A stretch of 64,000 nucleotides of DNA from a candidate division TM6 bacterium GW2011_GWE2_36_25 (GTDB lineage Bacteria > Babelota > Babeliae > Babelales > UBA12409), in assembly GCA_000991575.1 (NCBI GenBank), contig LBRU01000002.1, positions 79,689 through 143,688 on the forward strand. The letters are read 5' to 3'. A program made the translations under genes and the position numbers. The notes under the pieces are model-generated. The model did not search any database. It was given only the letters and a program-made list of their open reading frames with translations, and was not told where the DNA came from. Of this stretch, positions 20,007 to 30,740 are shown piece by piece. The first letter of the stretch is position 1. Each line of letters starts with the position of its first letter.

Positions 20007-20960
20007 ATGAAAAAAATAATTTTATTACTCTGTTTAGTTTTTCCAATTCTCAATAGAGTGGACAAGCGGGATGATCACCTGGGATTATATGACAGCAAAT
20101 CGATGGAGCTTCTTTTCAAATATAACCGATGTGAAAATGGCTCATTAATCGGGCAATCAATTGTTAATGAAGACTTCCCAGGAGCAAATTTGAAAGGGGC
20201 AGCCCTCAATCATACTGATTTCTTATTAACAAATCTTGATTATGCAAATCTTGAAAATGCAAACTTAAGCAATGCACGACTCGTTTATTGTTCATTAGTT
20301 GAAGCAAATTTACATAAAACACGGCTCATTCAAACAAATCTTGACTACGCGATGATGATCAAGGCCAATCTGAGCCAATGTAATGCATTTTCAGCTTCTT
20401 TTATGCAAGTTCTTGCAACAGAATCTAATTTTTCCGAAGCTAAACTCTCGGGTACAAATTTTCAAAACAGCAATATCAACCTTTCTGACTTTAGGCGTTG
20501 CGATTTATCTGAATCAAACATGAATTGGATGAGTGCAGGAGGAACTAAATTTCAATTTGCCAACCTCAACTTAGCCAAACTTATTCGCGCAAGTATTCGT
20601 TTTTCAAACTTCAATTACGCCAACCTTTCTTATGCAAATCTTCAAGGTGCTGATGCTCATCGGACTGATTTTAGACATGCTGACCTCAACCACGCACACC
20701 TCATTAAAGCTGATGCGAGTCAAGCAGAATTTAATAACGCTAATTTGCAGTGGGCACAATGTATCAAGGCAGATATGCGTGGCGCTATTTTCACCGGAGC
20801 CAATTTAAAAAATGCAAACTTTTCAGGAGCAATATTATTAAACGCAAAAGATTTTGATCCAAACGCAGAAGGCCTAATTCTTTGTAAAACCGTTATGCCA
20901 GATGGTTCTATCAATGATCGCGACTGCGCCATTGCACTTGGTGAAGTTGCTCCAAAATAA
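20007..20960 (+). CDS. secreted pentapeptide-repeat protein
   Basis: Signal peptide MKKIILLLCLVFPILN, then long runs of A(N/D)Lxx pentapeptides such as ANLENANLSNARLVYCSLVEANLHKTRL. Confidence 0.8.
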   Translation: MKKIILLLCLVFPILNRVDKRDDHLGLYDSKSMELLFKYNRCENGSLIGQSIVNEDFPGANLKGAALNHTDFLLTNLDYANLENANLSNARLVYCSLVEANLHKTRLIQTNLDYAMMIKANLSQCNAFSASFMQVLATESNFSEAKLSGTNFQNSNINLSDFRRCDLSESNMNWMSAGGTKFQFANLNLAKLIRASIRFSNFNYANLSYANLQGADAHRTDFRHADLNHAHLIKADASQAEFNNANLQWAQCIKADMRGAIFTGANLKNANFSGAILLNAKDFDPNAEGLILCKTVMPDGSINDRDCAIALGEVAPK

Positions 20961-20990
20961 CTTTTATCTTTTTTTTGTTATAATTATGCT

Positions 20991-21776
20991 ATGTTGTGGC
21001 TCATTATAATAAAAAGCTCATATAAGATTTTACGTTTAATTTATTTACAAATCATGCTTCTTTTTGTATCGATCCCCATATTAATATGCTGGGGCCTACC
21101 GTTATCAATTATGTCCGTAATTGGAAACATGATATTTCTTCCATTTTTATCAGTATTTCTGACGCTCTCCTTCATCATGTTTTTTACTGAATTAATTGCC
21201 ATCCCCAATAACTTGGTCAATATAATTTTTGTTCAGTTTTCTGCAATTTGGCTCAAATTGCTCAATTATGGCTCGTCAAATTGGTTTATAAGCGTTCCTT
21301 ATGTAGGAATAGTACCACTTTTTCTTTTTATTCTATGCAGCTTACTCCTCTTTTATTCCATTAAAACAAAGCCTATCTTATTTAGAATCACGGCAAGTTC
21401 TCTGATGCTTACTATCTTTCTCTTTTCATTTAAGTATTTTAAAAAAATTCCACAAGAAGCGCATATTCAAACAAAAAATCAATCACTTATGGTAAGATAT
21501 AAAAATAAAAAGCTTACCCTTATCATTCCCCGCATTCGTTTATCAAAAAACAATCTTCCAGCTTGGTATTTTTATGAAATACAACCAGAACTGGTAAAAA
21601 AATTTGGCATGACACAAGCCGAAACAATCATTCTTCTAAACCCTACAAAACATCTCCTCAATCTTTTTAACAACCATCAACCTCTCATAGAATTTAAACA
21701 ATTGCTTATCGCAAAATCTTCACCAAAAAACAAAATCACCAGTCTAACAACAAAACCAAAACAGAAAATTTCTTGA
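20991..21776 (+). CDS. polytopic membrane protein resembling the distal part of the ComEC/Rec2 competence domain
   Basis: LPLSIMSVIGNMIFLPFLSVFLTLSFIMF resembles the ComEC SLxSxxANLLxxP core. At only 261 aa it lacks the rest of ComEC, so it is possibly a remnant. Confidence 0.3.
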   Translation: MLWLIIIKSSYKILRLIYLQIMLLFVSIPILICWGLPLSIMSVIGNMIFLPFLSVFLTLSFIMFFTELIAIPNNLVNIIFVQFSAIWLKLLNYGSSNWFISVPYVGIVPLFLFILCSLLLFYSIKTKPILFRITASSLMLTIFLFSFKYFKKIPQEAHIQTKNQSLMVRYKNKKLTLIIPRIRLSKNNLPAWYFYEIQPELVKKFGMTQAETIILLNPTKHLLNLFNNHQPLIEFKQLLIAKSSPKNKITSLTTKPKQKIS

Positions 21777-21822
21777 ATTATTACTGAGCCCTTACGTATA
21801 ATTAAATAAAAATGGAGGCGGC

Positions 21823-22566
21823 ATGAAATATTCTTATCTTATAATATGCATTATCTCTTGCATCTCTGCTCAAAATGAATCTACCTATCAAAATTTAAGT
21901 ACAAATATTCCCGAAAATATAACGCGGCTCAAAAATACAGGCAGATGCGATAATTGCTTACTAAAAAATGCAAACTTAAAAGGATTAAAAATCAAAAGTC
22001 TCATGCTCTCTGATCTTACCGGAGCCGATTTACAAGGGGCAGATTTGACAGGATGCCAACTAGTAAGAACACGCTTTGACAATGCTAATCTGGAAGGATC
22101 TGTTCTTGACAATATCATTTTCGATAAAACAAATGCTGGACGTGGCTCGTATCCTCGATTCAATAACACGAACTTAAAAAATGTTAAAGCAAGAAATAGC
22201 AGCTTTCAAAATATACAAATATTAAACGACACCTTTCAAAATAATGTAGACAATGCTGATTTCAGTGGATCGTCATTCTCAATAGCCAATATAAAAAATG
22301 TAGATTTTTCAACCGCAAATCTTGCAAATACTAATTTCTCTAACGCAAGCCTCACCAATATCATGCTTCCTGAAAATCCGGAAAAAATAAGGGGAATAAA
22401 TTTTTCTCATGCAATTATCACTGGTTTTCAAAATTGCATGAATATTCTGAGCTATCAACTTGGCCGAATTGACGACTGTGCAAAAAAATTTTGCAAACTG
22501 GGCGTTGACCTAAAAGATGTGGGACTCGACGGAACAAATGCTGATCCATGCAATCTTTATCCATAA
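21823..22566 (+). CDS. secreted pentapeptide-repeat protein
   Basis: It has a signal peptide and pentapeptide runs (GADLQGADLTGCQLVRTRFDNANLEGS, ANLANTNFSNASLTN). Confidence 0.75.
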   Translation: MKYSYLIICIISCISAQNESTYQNLSTNIPENITRLKNTGRCDNCLLKNANLKGLKIKSLMLSDLTGADLQGADLTGCQLVRTRFDNANLEGSVLDNIIFDKTNAGRGSYPRFNNTNLKNVKARNSSFQNIQILNDTFQNNVDNADFSGSSFSIANIKNVDFSTANLANTNFSNASLTNIMLPENPEKIRGINFSHAIITGFQNCMNILSYQLGRIDDCAKKFCKLGVDLKDVGLDGTNADPCNLYP

Positions 22567-22670
22567 TTTCAAACTGAATTATCAATTCAGCCGATTGATT
22601 TATGTTTGATTTACTCCTATAAAAAGCTAAACTTAGCCATGTACGTTTTTTTCTATATGGGAGTTTTTTT

Positions 22671-23177
22671 ATGTTTTTAAAGCGTTCTTTTTTTGTCTTA
22701 GTTATTACAAGCACTCAGCTCTATGCCGATTTAATGGAAATTAACAATCTTAAACAATTCAATGAAAAAATCAAAACAGGTGTATCGGTTGTAAAATTTT
22801 ATATGGATGGTTGCGCACCATGCAAAGCAAGTACCCCTATGTTTACTGATCTCTCTCAAAACAATGATTACAAAGAAATAAATTTTATTACCGTTAATTT
22901 TAATCGTGGAAAAGCGATTGCATTACGCTATGCCCGTATGTTCCCAACGTTTGCTTTCTTTAAAGATGGCAAACTCACCGGAAATAAAATTGTTGGATAT
23001 GAAAGCAATACAAAAAATGAAATGATTTCACGCATTGACGCTCTCAATAATAAAAAAACCACTGACACCAATAAAAATAATATTATAAAAAGAAAAATAG
23101 CATCAGAAATTGCTGACTTAAAAAATCAACAAGTAAAAGCTCATAGCGTTGAAGAAAATAATATACAATCTATTTAA
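22671..23177 (+). CDS. exported thioredoxin-fold protein (CAPC active site)
   Basis: It has a signal peptide, and VVKFYMDGCAPCK with a downstream FPTFAFFKDG matches the thioredoxin layout. Confidence 0.7.
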   Translation: MFLKRSFFVLVITSTQLYADLMEINNLKQFNEKIKTGVSVVKFYMDGCAPCKASTPMFTDLSQNNDYKEINFITVNFNRGKAIALRYARMFPTFAFFKDGKLTGNKIVGYESNTKNEMISRIDALNNKKTTDTNKNNIIKRKIASEIADLKNQQVKAHSVEENNIQSI

Positions 23178-23210
23178 ACATTGAATTTCTCAATTACTAA
23201 TTTAAATAAT

Positions 23211-23240
23211 GCAGGAGTCGCCATGCGACTCCGCTTTTTT
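23211..23240 (+). terminator. rho-independent terminator
   Basis: GGAGTCG / CGACTCC stem with CCATG loop, followed by GCTTTTTT. Confidence 0.65.
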
Positions 23241-23302
23241 ATTGCATAACAAAAATAGTTTCATTATAGTCAAAAAGACATCTATTTTTAAAAGGAGATC
23301 GT

Positions 23303-24049
23303 ATGCAAAAAAGAAATCTATTAGTATTCGCCGCTGCTTTTTTATCAAGCTGTTCATGTAATTTTACAAAAAAACAAAAGGAAGAAGTTCCCACAAAAAA
23401 AATCATAGAAATTGCAGAATTTAAAGAGCTCAAAGATCATGATAAGGCTATTGTAAAATTTTATACTGACTGGTGTGGCGCATGTAAAATGGCAACAAAA
23501 CCTTTTGCAGAAATGCAAAGTCTATATCCAGAAGTAAAATTTTTTGCTGTGAATATGGAAAAAAAGGGTGATCTCAAAGAAAAAATTGAAATTCAAGGCT
23601 TTCCTACTTTTATAACCTTTGAAAATGGTGAAGAACGTGATGCTATTCTTGGATTTAATCAAGAAAAAATTCATCAAGCTTTAAAAAATTTAATTCAAAA
23701 AAAAGAAGAGCGAATAGCACAAGCTGAACCACAAATTCTTAAAATAAAAAACAAACAAGAATTTGAACAAGCAATCAAAGATAATAAAAAAGTAATTATA
23801 AAATTTTACGGAGATTGGTGTGGCTATTGCAAAATGATTGCAGAAGATTTTGACGAACTATCAAAAGAATATGGCGATAAAGTCAAATTTATCGAAGTCG
23901 AAGTTACAGACAATCAAGACTTAGCAAAGGAACATGATATCCGCGGCGTCCCCGCATTTGAATCAATTGAAAATGGTACAAAAAAAGATTCATTTAGTGG
24001 TGCAAATAAAGATAAATTGCAAGCGGCTGTCAAAAAACTTGCTGCTTAA
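23303..24049 (+). CDS. lipoprotein with two thioredoxin domains (WCGACK and WCGYCK)
   Basis: Lipobox-like AAFLSSC, and two Trx modules each with CxxC plus a downstream cis-Pro context (GFPTF, GVPAF). Confidence 0.75.
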   Translation: MQKRNLLVFAAAFLSSCSCNFTKKQKEEVPTKKIIEIAEFKELKDHDKAIVKFYTDWCGACKMATKPFAEMQSLYPEVKFFAVNMEKKGDLKEKIEIQGFPTFITFENGEERDAILGFNQEKIHQALKNLIQKKEERIAQAEPQILKIKNKQEFEQAIKDNKKVIIKFYGDWCGYCKMIAEDFDELSKEYGDKVKFIEVEVTDNQDLAKEHDIRGVPAFESIENGTKKDSFSGANKDKLQAAVKKLAA

Positions 24050-24060
24050 AAAATAAATTG

Positions 24061-24099
24061 AATGGCATGGGTGGCTTTTTAACCACCCATGCCATTTTG
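24061..24099 (+). terminator. rho-independent terminator
   Basis: A perfect 14-bp stem, AATGGCATGGGTGG / CCACCCATGCCATT, with an 8-nt loop, running into TTTTG. Confidence 0.7.
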
Positions 24100-24127
24100 A
24101 ATTTAAATACAAAAATAGGATTTTACA

Positions 24128-25744
24128 ATGAAAAGATTGATCTTATTTTTTTTTATCTCAATGACGCTACCAATGGAACTTGACAAATTAACTCTTGATG
24201 AAAAAATCGGACAATTATTTGCCATAGCATTTCCCCTACCATCTCCTCCTGCAATCATTGAAAAATTATGTAACCTTATAAACCACTATCACATCGGAAG
24301 CGTACTCCTGGATCGAAAAGGCACCATTCAACAACAAGTACGTATTATTAATACAATTAACAAAAATTGCATTATCAAACCGCTTATTTTAGAAGATTTA
24401 GAACCAGGTTTTTGCATGCGTTTATACGATAGCGTCAAATTTCCACTAGCCGTAACGTGTGGTGCGCTTCAAGATAACAATCTTATTTATCAATTAGCTC
24501 AAGAAATAGGACGTCAATGCAAAATTCTCGGTGTAGACATCAATCTTGCACCAGTACTCGATCTGAATTACAGCGCATCAAATTCATTAGCTGAAAGATC
24601 ATTTGGAAAAAATGAAGAAAATGTCATGCATAAAGGGAAAATGTACATCACAGGAATTTTAAGCCAAGGAATTTATCCATGCGCTAAACATTTTCCAGGC
24701 TATGGTGATAGCCAAATCGATCCACATTTGGGATTTCCGACCGTGTCACATACAAAACGACGCTTAAGCATTGAACTGTTTCCTTTTAAACACAGTATTA
24801 ACATCACGCCATGCATTATGCCCGGACATATTTGCGTCCCTGCATATGATAATCGTCCCCAATATTGCGCCACCATATCAAAACTAATCATCACAACACT
24901 TTTAAAAGAAGAACTCAATTTTAATGGATTGGTTATATCTGATGCACTCAGAATGAAAGCGTTAACGCAGTCATTTAATGCTGATACTATCGTACGAGAA
25001 AGCTTTGCGGCAGGAGTTGATATTTTACTCTGTCCACCCGATATAAAACAAGCAATTCAGACAATCAAAGAAGCACTACGTGAAAAACTTATTTCTGAGT
25101 ATGAAATTAATGAACGAGTTCAAAAAATTTTAAATGTAAAAAAAGCACTCGGCACTTTTAATAAAAAGATTATAACCAATCAAGATATCGAAAATTTGTT
25201 CAATAAAGAAACTTATAAGCTCAAAAAAAAGCTCTATGAAGAAGCAATCACCGTTCTCAAAAATAATAATATTATTCCAGCTACATCGCTCGCTCACACA
25301 GCTTACATTCAAATTGGTGGCTCATTTAATTCACCATTTTTTACAACCTTACAAAAAAAAGATTCTGATTTGATCAATAACCTATTACCAGCGTGCCCCG
25401 CTGGGTATGATGTAAATGAATTAATTTATCAACTTGAATCATTCGATTCAGTAATAATAAGCTTAATGTGTATAAATAATGTTGAACAACAACAATTTGG
25501 ACTCTCTTCAACAACGTTAGAATTGATAAAACAGATTAATCAAATTAAAAAAGTCGTCCTTGTTATCTTCGGCTCACCATATAGCCTTAAATATTTTGAA
25601 GACGTTCCAACGATTATTATGGCCTATGAAGATGACCCCGATGCGCAAGAAGCTGCTGCTAAAATAATAACCGGGGAGCTTACCGCACGCGGCAAACTCC
25701 CCGTCTCCGTTTCTGAAAATTTTCCTGAAGGAACAGGATTATAA
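24128..25744 (+). CDS. glycoside hydrolase family 3 beta-N-acetylhexosaminidase-like protein
   Basis: [25 protein letters not shown] and the nucleophile context LVISDALRM are present, with an extra C-terminal domain. Confidence 0.85.
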   Translation: MKRLILFFFISMTLPMELDKLTLDEKIGQLFAIAFPLPSPPAIIEKLCNLINHYHIGSVLLDRKGTIQQQVRIINTINKNCIIKPLILEDLEPGFCMRLYDSVKFPLAVTCGALQDNNLIYQLAQEIGRQCKILGVDINLAPVLDLNYSASNSLAERSFGKNEENVMHKGKMYITGILSQGIYPCAKHFPGYGDSQIDPHLGFPTVSHTKRRLSIELFPFKHSINITPCIMPGHICVPAYDNRPQYCATISKLIITTLLKEELNFNGLVISDALRMKALTQSFNADTIVRESFAAGVDILLCPPDIKQAIQTIKEALREKLISEYEINERVQKILNVKKALGTFNKKIITNQDIENLFNKETYKLKKKLYEEAITVLKNNNIIPATSLAHTAYIQIGGSFNSPFFTTLQKKDSDLINNLLPACPAGYDVNELIYQLESFDSVIISLMCINNVEQQQFGLSSTTLELIKQINQIKKVVLVIFGSPYSLKYFEDVPTIIMAYEDDPDAQEAAAKIITGELTARGKLPVSVSENFPEGTGL

Positions 25745-27712
25745 AGATGCAAGAAGTAATGCTACAATTGACATCAATTTAATCAAAATATTTAATGATG
25801 GACCCGCTGTATCCTTGAACGGATCACCAACGGTATCACCAGTAACTGCTGCTTTATGAGCATCAGAGCCTTTACCACCCAAATTACCTGCTTCAATATA
25901 TTTCTTAGCATTATCCCAGGCGCCCCCACCATTAGCCATCATTAAAGCGAGAAGCACACCAACTGACGTAGCACCTACCAAAAGACCACCAAGCGCCTTT
26001 GCACCAAGAAGGTAATAAACAACAACTGGTGATAAAATGGTAATTAATCCAGGTAAAATCATTTGGTGTAATGCGGCTCGTGTACTAATTGCAATACATT
26101 TTTCATAATCAGGATCTGCTTTACCAGTCATAATTCCCTTTATAGTCTTAAATTGACGACGAACTTCAAGAACCATCTGTAATGCGGTCGTTCCAACTGA
26201 ACGCATCGTCAATGCAGAAATCAAAAATGGCAATGTTCCACCAATAAAAAGACCGACCATAATCATAGGATTAAGCAAATTTAATCTCGCAATATCTGCT
26301 TCCTGCGCATAAGCAGCAAAAAGAGCCAACGCGGTTAACAAAGCTGAACCAATTGCAAAACCTTTGCCCATTGCAGCAGTTGTATTACCAAGAGAATCGA
26401 GTTTATCGGTAATTTTACGAACCTTCGGATCAAAACCAGACATTTCTGCAATACCCCCAGCATTGTCAGCAATTGGACCATAGGCATCAACGGTCATGGT
26501 AATACCAACGGTAGCTAACATAGAAACAGCTGCCAATGAAACACCATAAAGACCACCACCGTAGGTAAATGCGCCTAAGATAGCAGCACCCAATACGATA
26601 ATGGGCAACACGGTAGATTCCATGCCAATGGACAAGCCATAAATAATATTTGTCGCAGCACCAGAACGAGAAGCATCAGCAAGTTTTCGTATTGGTTTTC
26701 CAGCTGTATAATATTCTGTAATCAAACCAATAATAATACCAGAAACACACCCCACCGTAACTGAAACAAAAAGCGCAAGATCTAAGCTTGCATATTTCAA
26801 ATATCCGTAGGTCCCTATAAGCATAAAAGCAATTGCCAAATAGGTTGCATTACGCAACATTGCAGCAGGACTTGTTTTGAAAAGAGAATTCACAAATAAA
26901 GCTAGAACAGATCCAACTAATCCAATAGAGGATAACATTAAAGGCAATGTTACATATAAAAATGCATCAGCCCCATCAAAAAAGCTGATAGCCAAAATCA
27001 TAGAAGAAACCATCGCACCAACATATGACTCGTAAATGTCAGCGCCCATACCAGCAGTATCCCCAACACAATCACCAACATTATCTGCAATAACGGCCGG
27101 ATTACGCGGATCATCTTCGGGAATACCAGCTTCAAGTTTGCCGACTAAATCTGCTCCAACATCAGCAGACTTGGTATAAATACCACCGCCGACACGTGCA
27201 AAAAACGCAACTAAGCTCCCACCTAAACCAAAGCTTGTTAATAACTTAACAAAAATTTCTTGTCCAAAGAAAAAATATAACAATAAACTTAAGCCCAACA
27301 GACCAAAACTTGCAACAGAAAAGCCCATTACACCACCACCAAAGAACGCTTGCATAAATGCTTGATGTTCACCTTTTTCTTTGGCTGCCAAGGTAGCTCT
27401 CACATTCGCTGCTGTTGCAGCACGCATTCCAATAAAACCTGTTGCCATTGAAAAAATTGCTCCAACAACAAAAGTTATTGCTGCAATTGGCGACTTGCCA
27501 ATAAATGCCAAAATTAATGCGCCGATTAAAACAACGATTGAGATAATTTTGTATTCTTCACGCAAAAAGGTCATTGCCCCTTGTCGAATAGCAGCGGCAA
27601 TTTTTTCTGCTTTTTCATTCGTCACAGAAATTTTTAGAATACATCTAAAGAGATATGCAACGACCGCGAGACCAAGCGCAGCCACGCCAATAAATAGTTG
27701 ATAGTATTGCAT
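25739..27712 (-). CDS. hppA: membrane-bound ion-translocating pyrophosphatase
   Basis: [37 protein letters not shown] and [17 protein letters not shown] in a 657-aa polytopic protein. Confidence 0.93.
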   Translation of the reverse strand: MQYYQLFIGVAALGLAVVAYLFRCILKISVTNEKAEKIAAAIRQGAMTFLREEYKIISIVVLIGALILAFIGKSPIAAITFVVGAIFSMATGFIGMRAATAANVRATLAAKEKGEHQAFMQAFFGGGVMGFSVASFGLLGLSLLLYFFFGQEIFVKLLTSFGLGGSLVAFFARVGGGIYTKSADVGADLVGKLEAGIPEDDPRNPAVIADNVGDCVGDTAGMGADIYESYVGAMVSSMILAISFFDGADAFLYVTLPLMLSSIGLVGSVLALFVNSLFKTSPAAMLRNATYLAIAFMLIGTYGYLKYASLDLALFVSVTVGCVSGIIIGLITEYYTAGKPIRKLADASRSGAATNIIYGLSIGMESTVLPIIVLGAAILGAFTYGGGLYGVSLAAVSMLATVGITMTVDAYGPIADNAGGIAEMSGFDPKVRKITDKLDSLGNTTAAMGKGFAIGSALLTALALFAAYAQEADIARLNLLNPMIMVGLFIGGTLPFLISALTMRSVGTTALQMVLEVRRQFKTIKGIMTGKADPDYEKCIAISTRAALHQMILPGLITILSPVVVYYLLGAKALGGLLVGATSVGVLLALMMANGGGAWDNAKKYIEAGNLGGKGSDAHKAAVTGDTVGDPFKDTAGPSLNILIKLMSIVALLLASL

Positions 27713-27842
27713 TATCGATTACCTTTCCTTAAGATAAAAAATATAATTCATATAAGATTACTTTAAGATCTTTAAGTCTACCTGAGAATACAGATTTGTA
27801 AATATCATCAGGCTTACACATGAGATAAAAAAGAGGAGCATA

Positions 27843-28763
27843 ATGAACGGTTTTTTTACTTGGAAAAAAAGAAAACTCAGTAAATTAAATAATACAAGTA
27901 CCATCATTAACACAGCAGTTGGCCCCATCGAATATTGTCTCATTGGCGAAGAGAAACATCCTATTGTTGCCGTTATGCATGGTGCAATGGGTGGATATGA
28001 CCAAGCGCTCTTAGAAAAAGAACCGCTCCTATCTCACGGTTTTCGAATTCTTGCATGGTCGCGTCCAGGATATTTGCGTACTCCTCTTTCTGTTGGAATA
28101 ACATTTCAAGAACAAGCAATAGCCTTAAATGAATTGTTAAAAGCATTAAACATTCAAAAAATTTCACTAATTGCGATCTCTGCCGGTGGCGTACCAGGAT
28201 TAATTTTTGCCCAGCAATACCAAGAAAAACTATCTTCGCTGGTCATGGAAGTAGCATTAAGTAAAAAATATACAACAACTTACTGGCAACGACTGATACT
28301 ATCTCTTTTTTATAACGATTTAGTCTTTTGGTTTATTGATATTTTTGCTAAAAAACTCGTCAAACCACTTCTTAAATTTTTTATAAATCTTGAAAGCACC
28401 TTTAACAAAGAAGCAAAAAAAAAGATACTTACGCAAGCCTTACAAGACAAAGCAGCTATGAAATATTTTTTCTATTTTTTAGAAACGATAATGCCCCCCA
28501 GTGCACGCAAAGCCGGACTAAACAATGACCTTTTCCAATATAAACAACTCACCCCACCAGACGTTTCTCACATTCAATCGCCAACATTTGTTATTTTTGG
28601 CAAATATGATGCTGACGCAAAACCAGAAAACGCCTATTATTTAAAAAAGATGCCACATGTCGAACTGTGCGAAATATCTGATGGCTTTCACTTATTTTGG
28701 TTTTCAAACAATTACCCTAACGCTGAAGCTAAAAAATTATCTTTTTTGAAAAAACATTTATGA
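27843..28763 (+). CDS. alpha/beta-fold hydrolase
   Basis: AGAGGAG RBS. HGAMGG oxyanion-region motif, nucleophile elbow IAISAGG, and C-terminal SDGFH. Confidence 0.6.
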   Translation: MNGFFTWKKRKLSKLNNTSTIINTAVGPIEYCLIGEEKHPIVAVMHGAMGGYDQALLEKEPLLSHGFRILAWSRPGYLRTPLSVGITFQEQAIALNELLKALNIQKISLIAISAGGVPGLIFAQQYQEKLSSLVMEVALSKKYTTTYWQRLILSLFYNDLVFWFIDIFAKKLVKPLLKFFINLESTFNKEAKKKILTQALQDKAAMKYFFYFLETIMPPSARKAGLNNDLFQYKQLTPPDVSHIQSPTFVIFGKYDADAKPENAYYLKKMPHVELCEISDGFHLFWFSNNYPNAEAKKLSFLKKHL

Positions 28764-29756
28764 AATAATATTTTTTAATTTGCCAGCAACAAAAGCCTTT
28801 ATGTTATCGATTGTACAATCTAAAATACGCTTGCGTGCTTCATAAGAATTAAATGCATTATGTGCTGTTACGATTACCTGTGGATGTTCAATTAAATAAT
28901 GATTAGACAAAAGAGTCTGTAATTGAATTGCTTGTGGATGTTCTTCAAGCAACAATGAAACTTCATGATCCATCTCACCTTCCTCTTCAAGCACATCCAA
29001 GCCTGCACCAGCCAAAACGCCCTCTTTTAAACCCTTAACTATGGCCGCTGTTTCAACAATTGCTCCACGAGCTGTGTTGATTAAATAAGAGCCTTTCTTA
29101 CACGTCATTATATTTTTTTTATTAATCAAATGATGAGTTCCTGTATTGTAAGGCACATGTAAAGTAATCACATCAGATTGCCGCAACAATTCTTCTAATG
29201 ATACATAAACACAACCGGTCTTATCTACAAGCTCTTGATTAGGTTTAAGATCAAACGCACACACATTCATACCAAAAGCAGCACCTATCTTAACCACATT
29301 AGAGCCAATATCACCAGTTCCAACTACTCCCAATGTTTTTCCACTTAAATCAGTTCCACAAAGATCTACACGCGAAAAATTATTATCACGAATACGGCTA
29401 TACGCTTCATACAATTTACGCATAACCATAATCATCAAGCCAAAAGCGTATTCAGCAACTGCATTCTTTCCATAGGCGGGAACCCCACAAATTTTCACAT
29501 TTAATTGTTGTGCTGCAGACCGATCAATATGATTAAAACCGGTTGAACGAGTTGCAATTAATTTAAGAGAAGAAAGACTTTCCATCAAATGCTTATCAAC
29601 GGGAGAATCAACAAAAAGACACAAAATATCGGCATCTTTATCTATCGTAGGACTATTTTGCGTCGTTCCTTTTACAAAATGTATTTGAAAATCTGCCAAC
29701 TGCTTTTTTAAGTAATCAAGCTCCCAATCCAATTCATAAAAACAAAGAATTTTCAT
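28758..29756 (-). CDS. D-isomer-specific 2-hydroxyacid (D-lactate-type) dehydrogenase
   Basis: NAD motif GVVGTGDIGSNV, RGAIVET, GAGLDVLEEE and catalytic-His context TAHNAF. The ATG at 29756 (GAGAGGA RBS) gives a typical 332 aa, and the track start is an upstream TTG. Confidence 0.85.
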   Translation of the reverse strand: MKILCFYELDWELDYLKKQLADFQIHFVKGTTQNSPTIDKDADILCLFVDSPVDKHLMESLSSLKLIATRSTGFNHIDRSAAQQLNVKICGVPAYGKNAVAEYAFGLMIMVMRKLYEAYSRIRDNNFSRVDLCGTDLSGKTLGVVGTGDIGSNVVKIGAAFGMNVCAFDLKPNQELVDKTGCVYVSLEELLRQSDVITLHVPYNTGTHHLINKKNIMTCKKGSYLINTARGAIVETAAIVKGLKEGVLAGAGLDVLEEEGEMDHEVSLLLEEHPQAIQLQTLLSNHYLIEHPQVIVTAHNAFNSYEARKRILDCTIDNIKAFVAGKLKNIIS

Positions 29757-29976
29757 CTCAATCCTCTCAATCTTTTTTATTGACTTTACTACGTTAGATG
29801 CAAAAAAAATACCTCCTTGATCAAATCTTCTACAAATTTCCTCACTAAAACAATTCAAAAATTCAAAAAACCCATCATTCAGGCCACTTTTCAAGCAATT
29901 AACAACTATAATTCAATAAAAACTTGAAGTCTTACATTGGATTTTTGTATAATAATAAAAATGGAGGTAAATTATT

Positions 29977-30531
29977 ATGAAAAAATTAATCATTATTTTA
30001 TGTAGTTATGTCTCGTTATATTCTTATAAACCACTTGAACGCATTCAAGAACAACTTGCTGATATCGACTTAAGTCTTAAAATCGTACAAAAGGAAATTG
30101 AATCAGGTTTTTCAAGAGAAGGACAGTTAAAAAACTTGCAACTTGAATATGATATCTTGTTCACATTAATGCAAAATTTTAGTGTTCTCGTTGATGAAGT
30201 AGACAAAAAAACAAAAAAAGAAGACAAAGCAGAAAAAATTTTATCAGATAAAATTGACCGTTTTTTAAACAACATAAAAATTGGCTGTGTACATGATTGT
30301 TTTGCACAAAAACTTGAAGAAAAAAAAGGAATTATAAATAAAATTGAACAAGAACTTGATCCTCTTGCCAAAACCCATGAAACAAGTAGTATTCGCAAGG
30401 TTGCAAAAGATCTAAAAAAGCAGCTTGAGGCTGAAGTGAAAAGATTAGATGATCAAATAATCTTAATTATTCAACGAACAGCCAATGCTAAAAGCCCTAA
30501 AAATTTTAAATGCATAGGGATTAAGGAGTAA
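29977..30531 (+). CDS. hypothetical exported coiled-coil protein
   Basis: GGAGG RBS, an N-terminal hydrophobic segment, and a charged heptad-like remainder. Confidence 0.5.
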   Translation: MKKLIIILCSYVSLYSYKPLERIQEQLADIDLSLKIVQKEIESGFSREGQLKNLQLEYDILFTLMQNFSVLVDEVDKKTKKEDKAEKILSDKIDRFLNNIKIGCVHDCFAQKLEEKKGIINKIEQELDPLAKTHETSSIRKVAKDLKKQLEAEVKRLDDQIILIIQRTANAKSPKNFKCIGIKE

Positions 30532-30535
30532 AAAG

Positions 30536-30739
30536 ATGAGGGCAATGAAAAAATTATTATTTTTGGTGATTATAATTAGTTGTAATTATCAATTAAAGGC
30601 AGGAACATGGATCGCGGATGAAACAACCTGTAGAAATGACTGCAACTCGCGATATAATAAGCAAGGCACAGAAGAAGCTCATCAAAAATGCATAAGAAGC
30701 TGTAAAGAAATAGAAAATGCACTAAAATTCAACAGCTAA
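30536..30739 (+). CDS. small secreted Cys-containing protein
   Basis: AAGGAG lies 6 nt upstream. It has a signal peptide and four Cys in the mature part. Confidence 0.4.
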   Translation: MRAMKKLLFLVIIISCNYQLKAGTWIADETTCRNDCNSRYNKQGTEEAHQKCIRSCKEIENALKFNS

Positions 30740-30740
30740 A

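Noticed and set aside
27381-27701. 106-aa plus-strand ORF inside hppA
   Set aside because: It is antisense to a high-confidence conserved gene and has no RBS.
30045-30398. 117-aa minus-strand ORF
   Set aside because: It is antisense to the 29977-30531 gene, which has a GGAGG RBS and a signal peptide.
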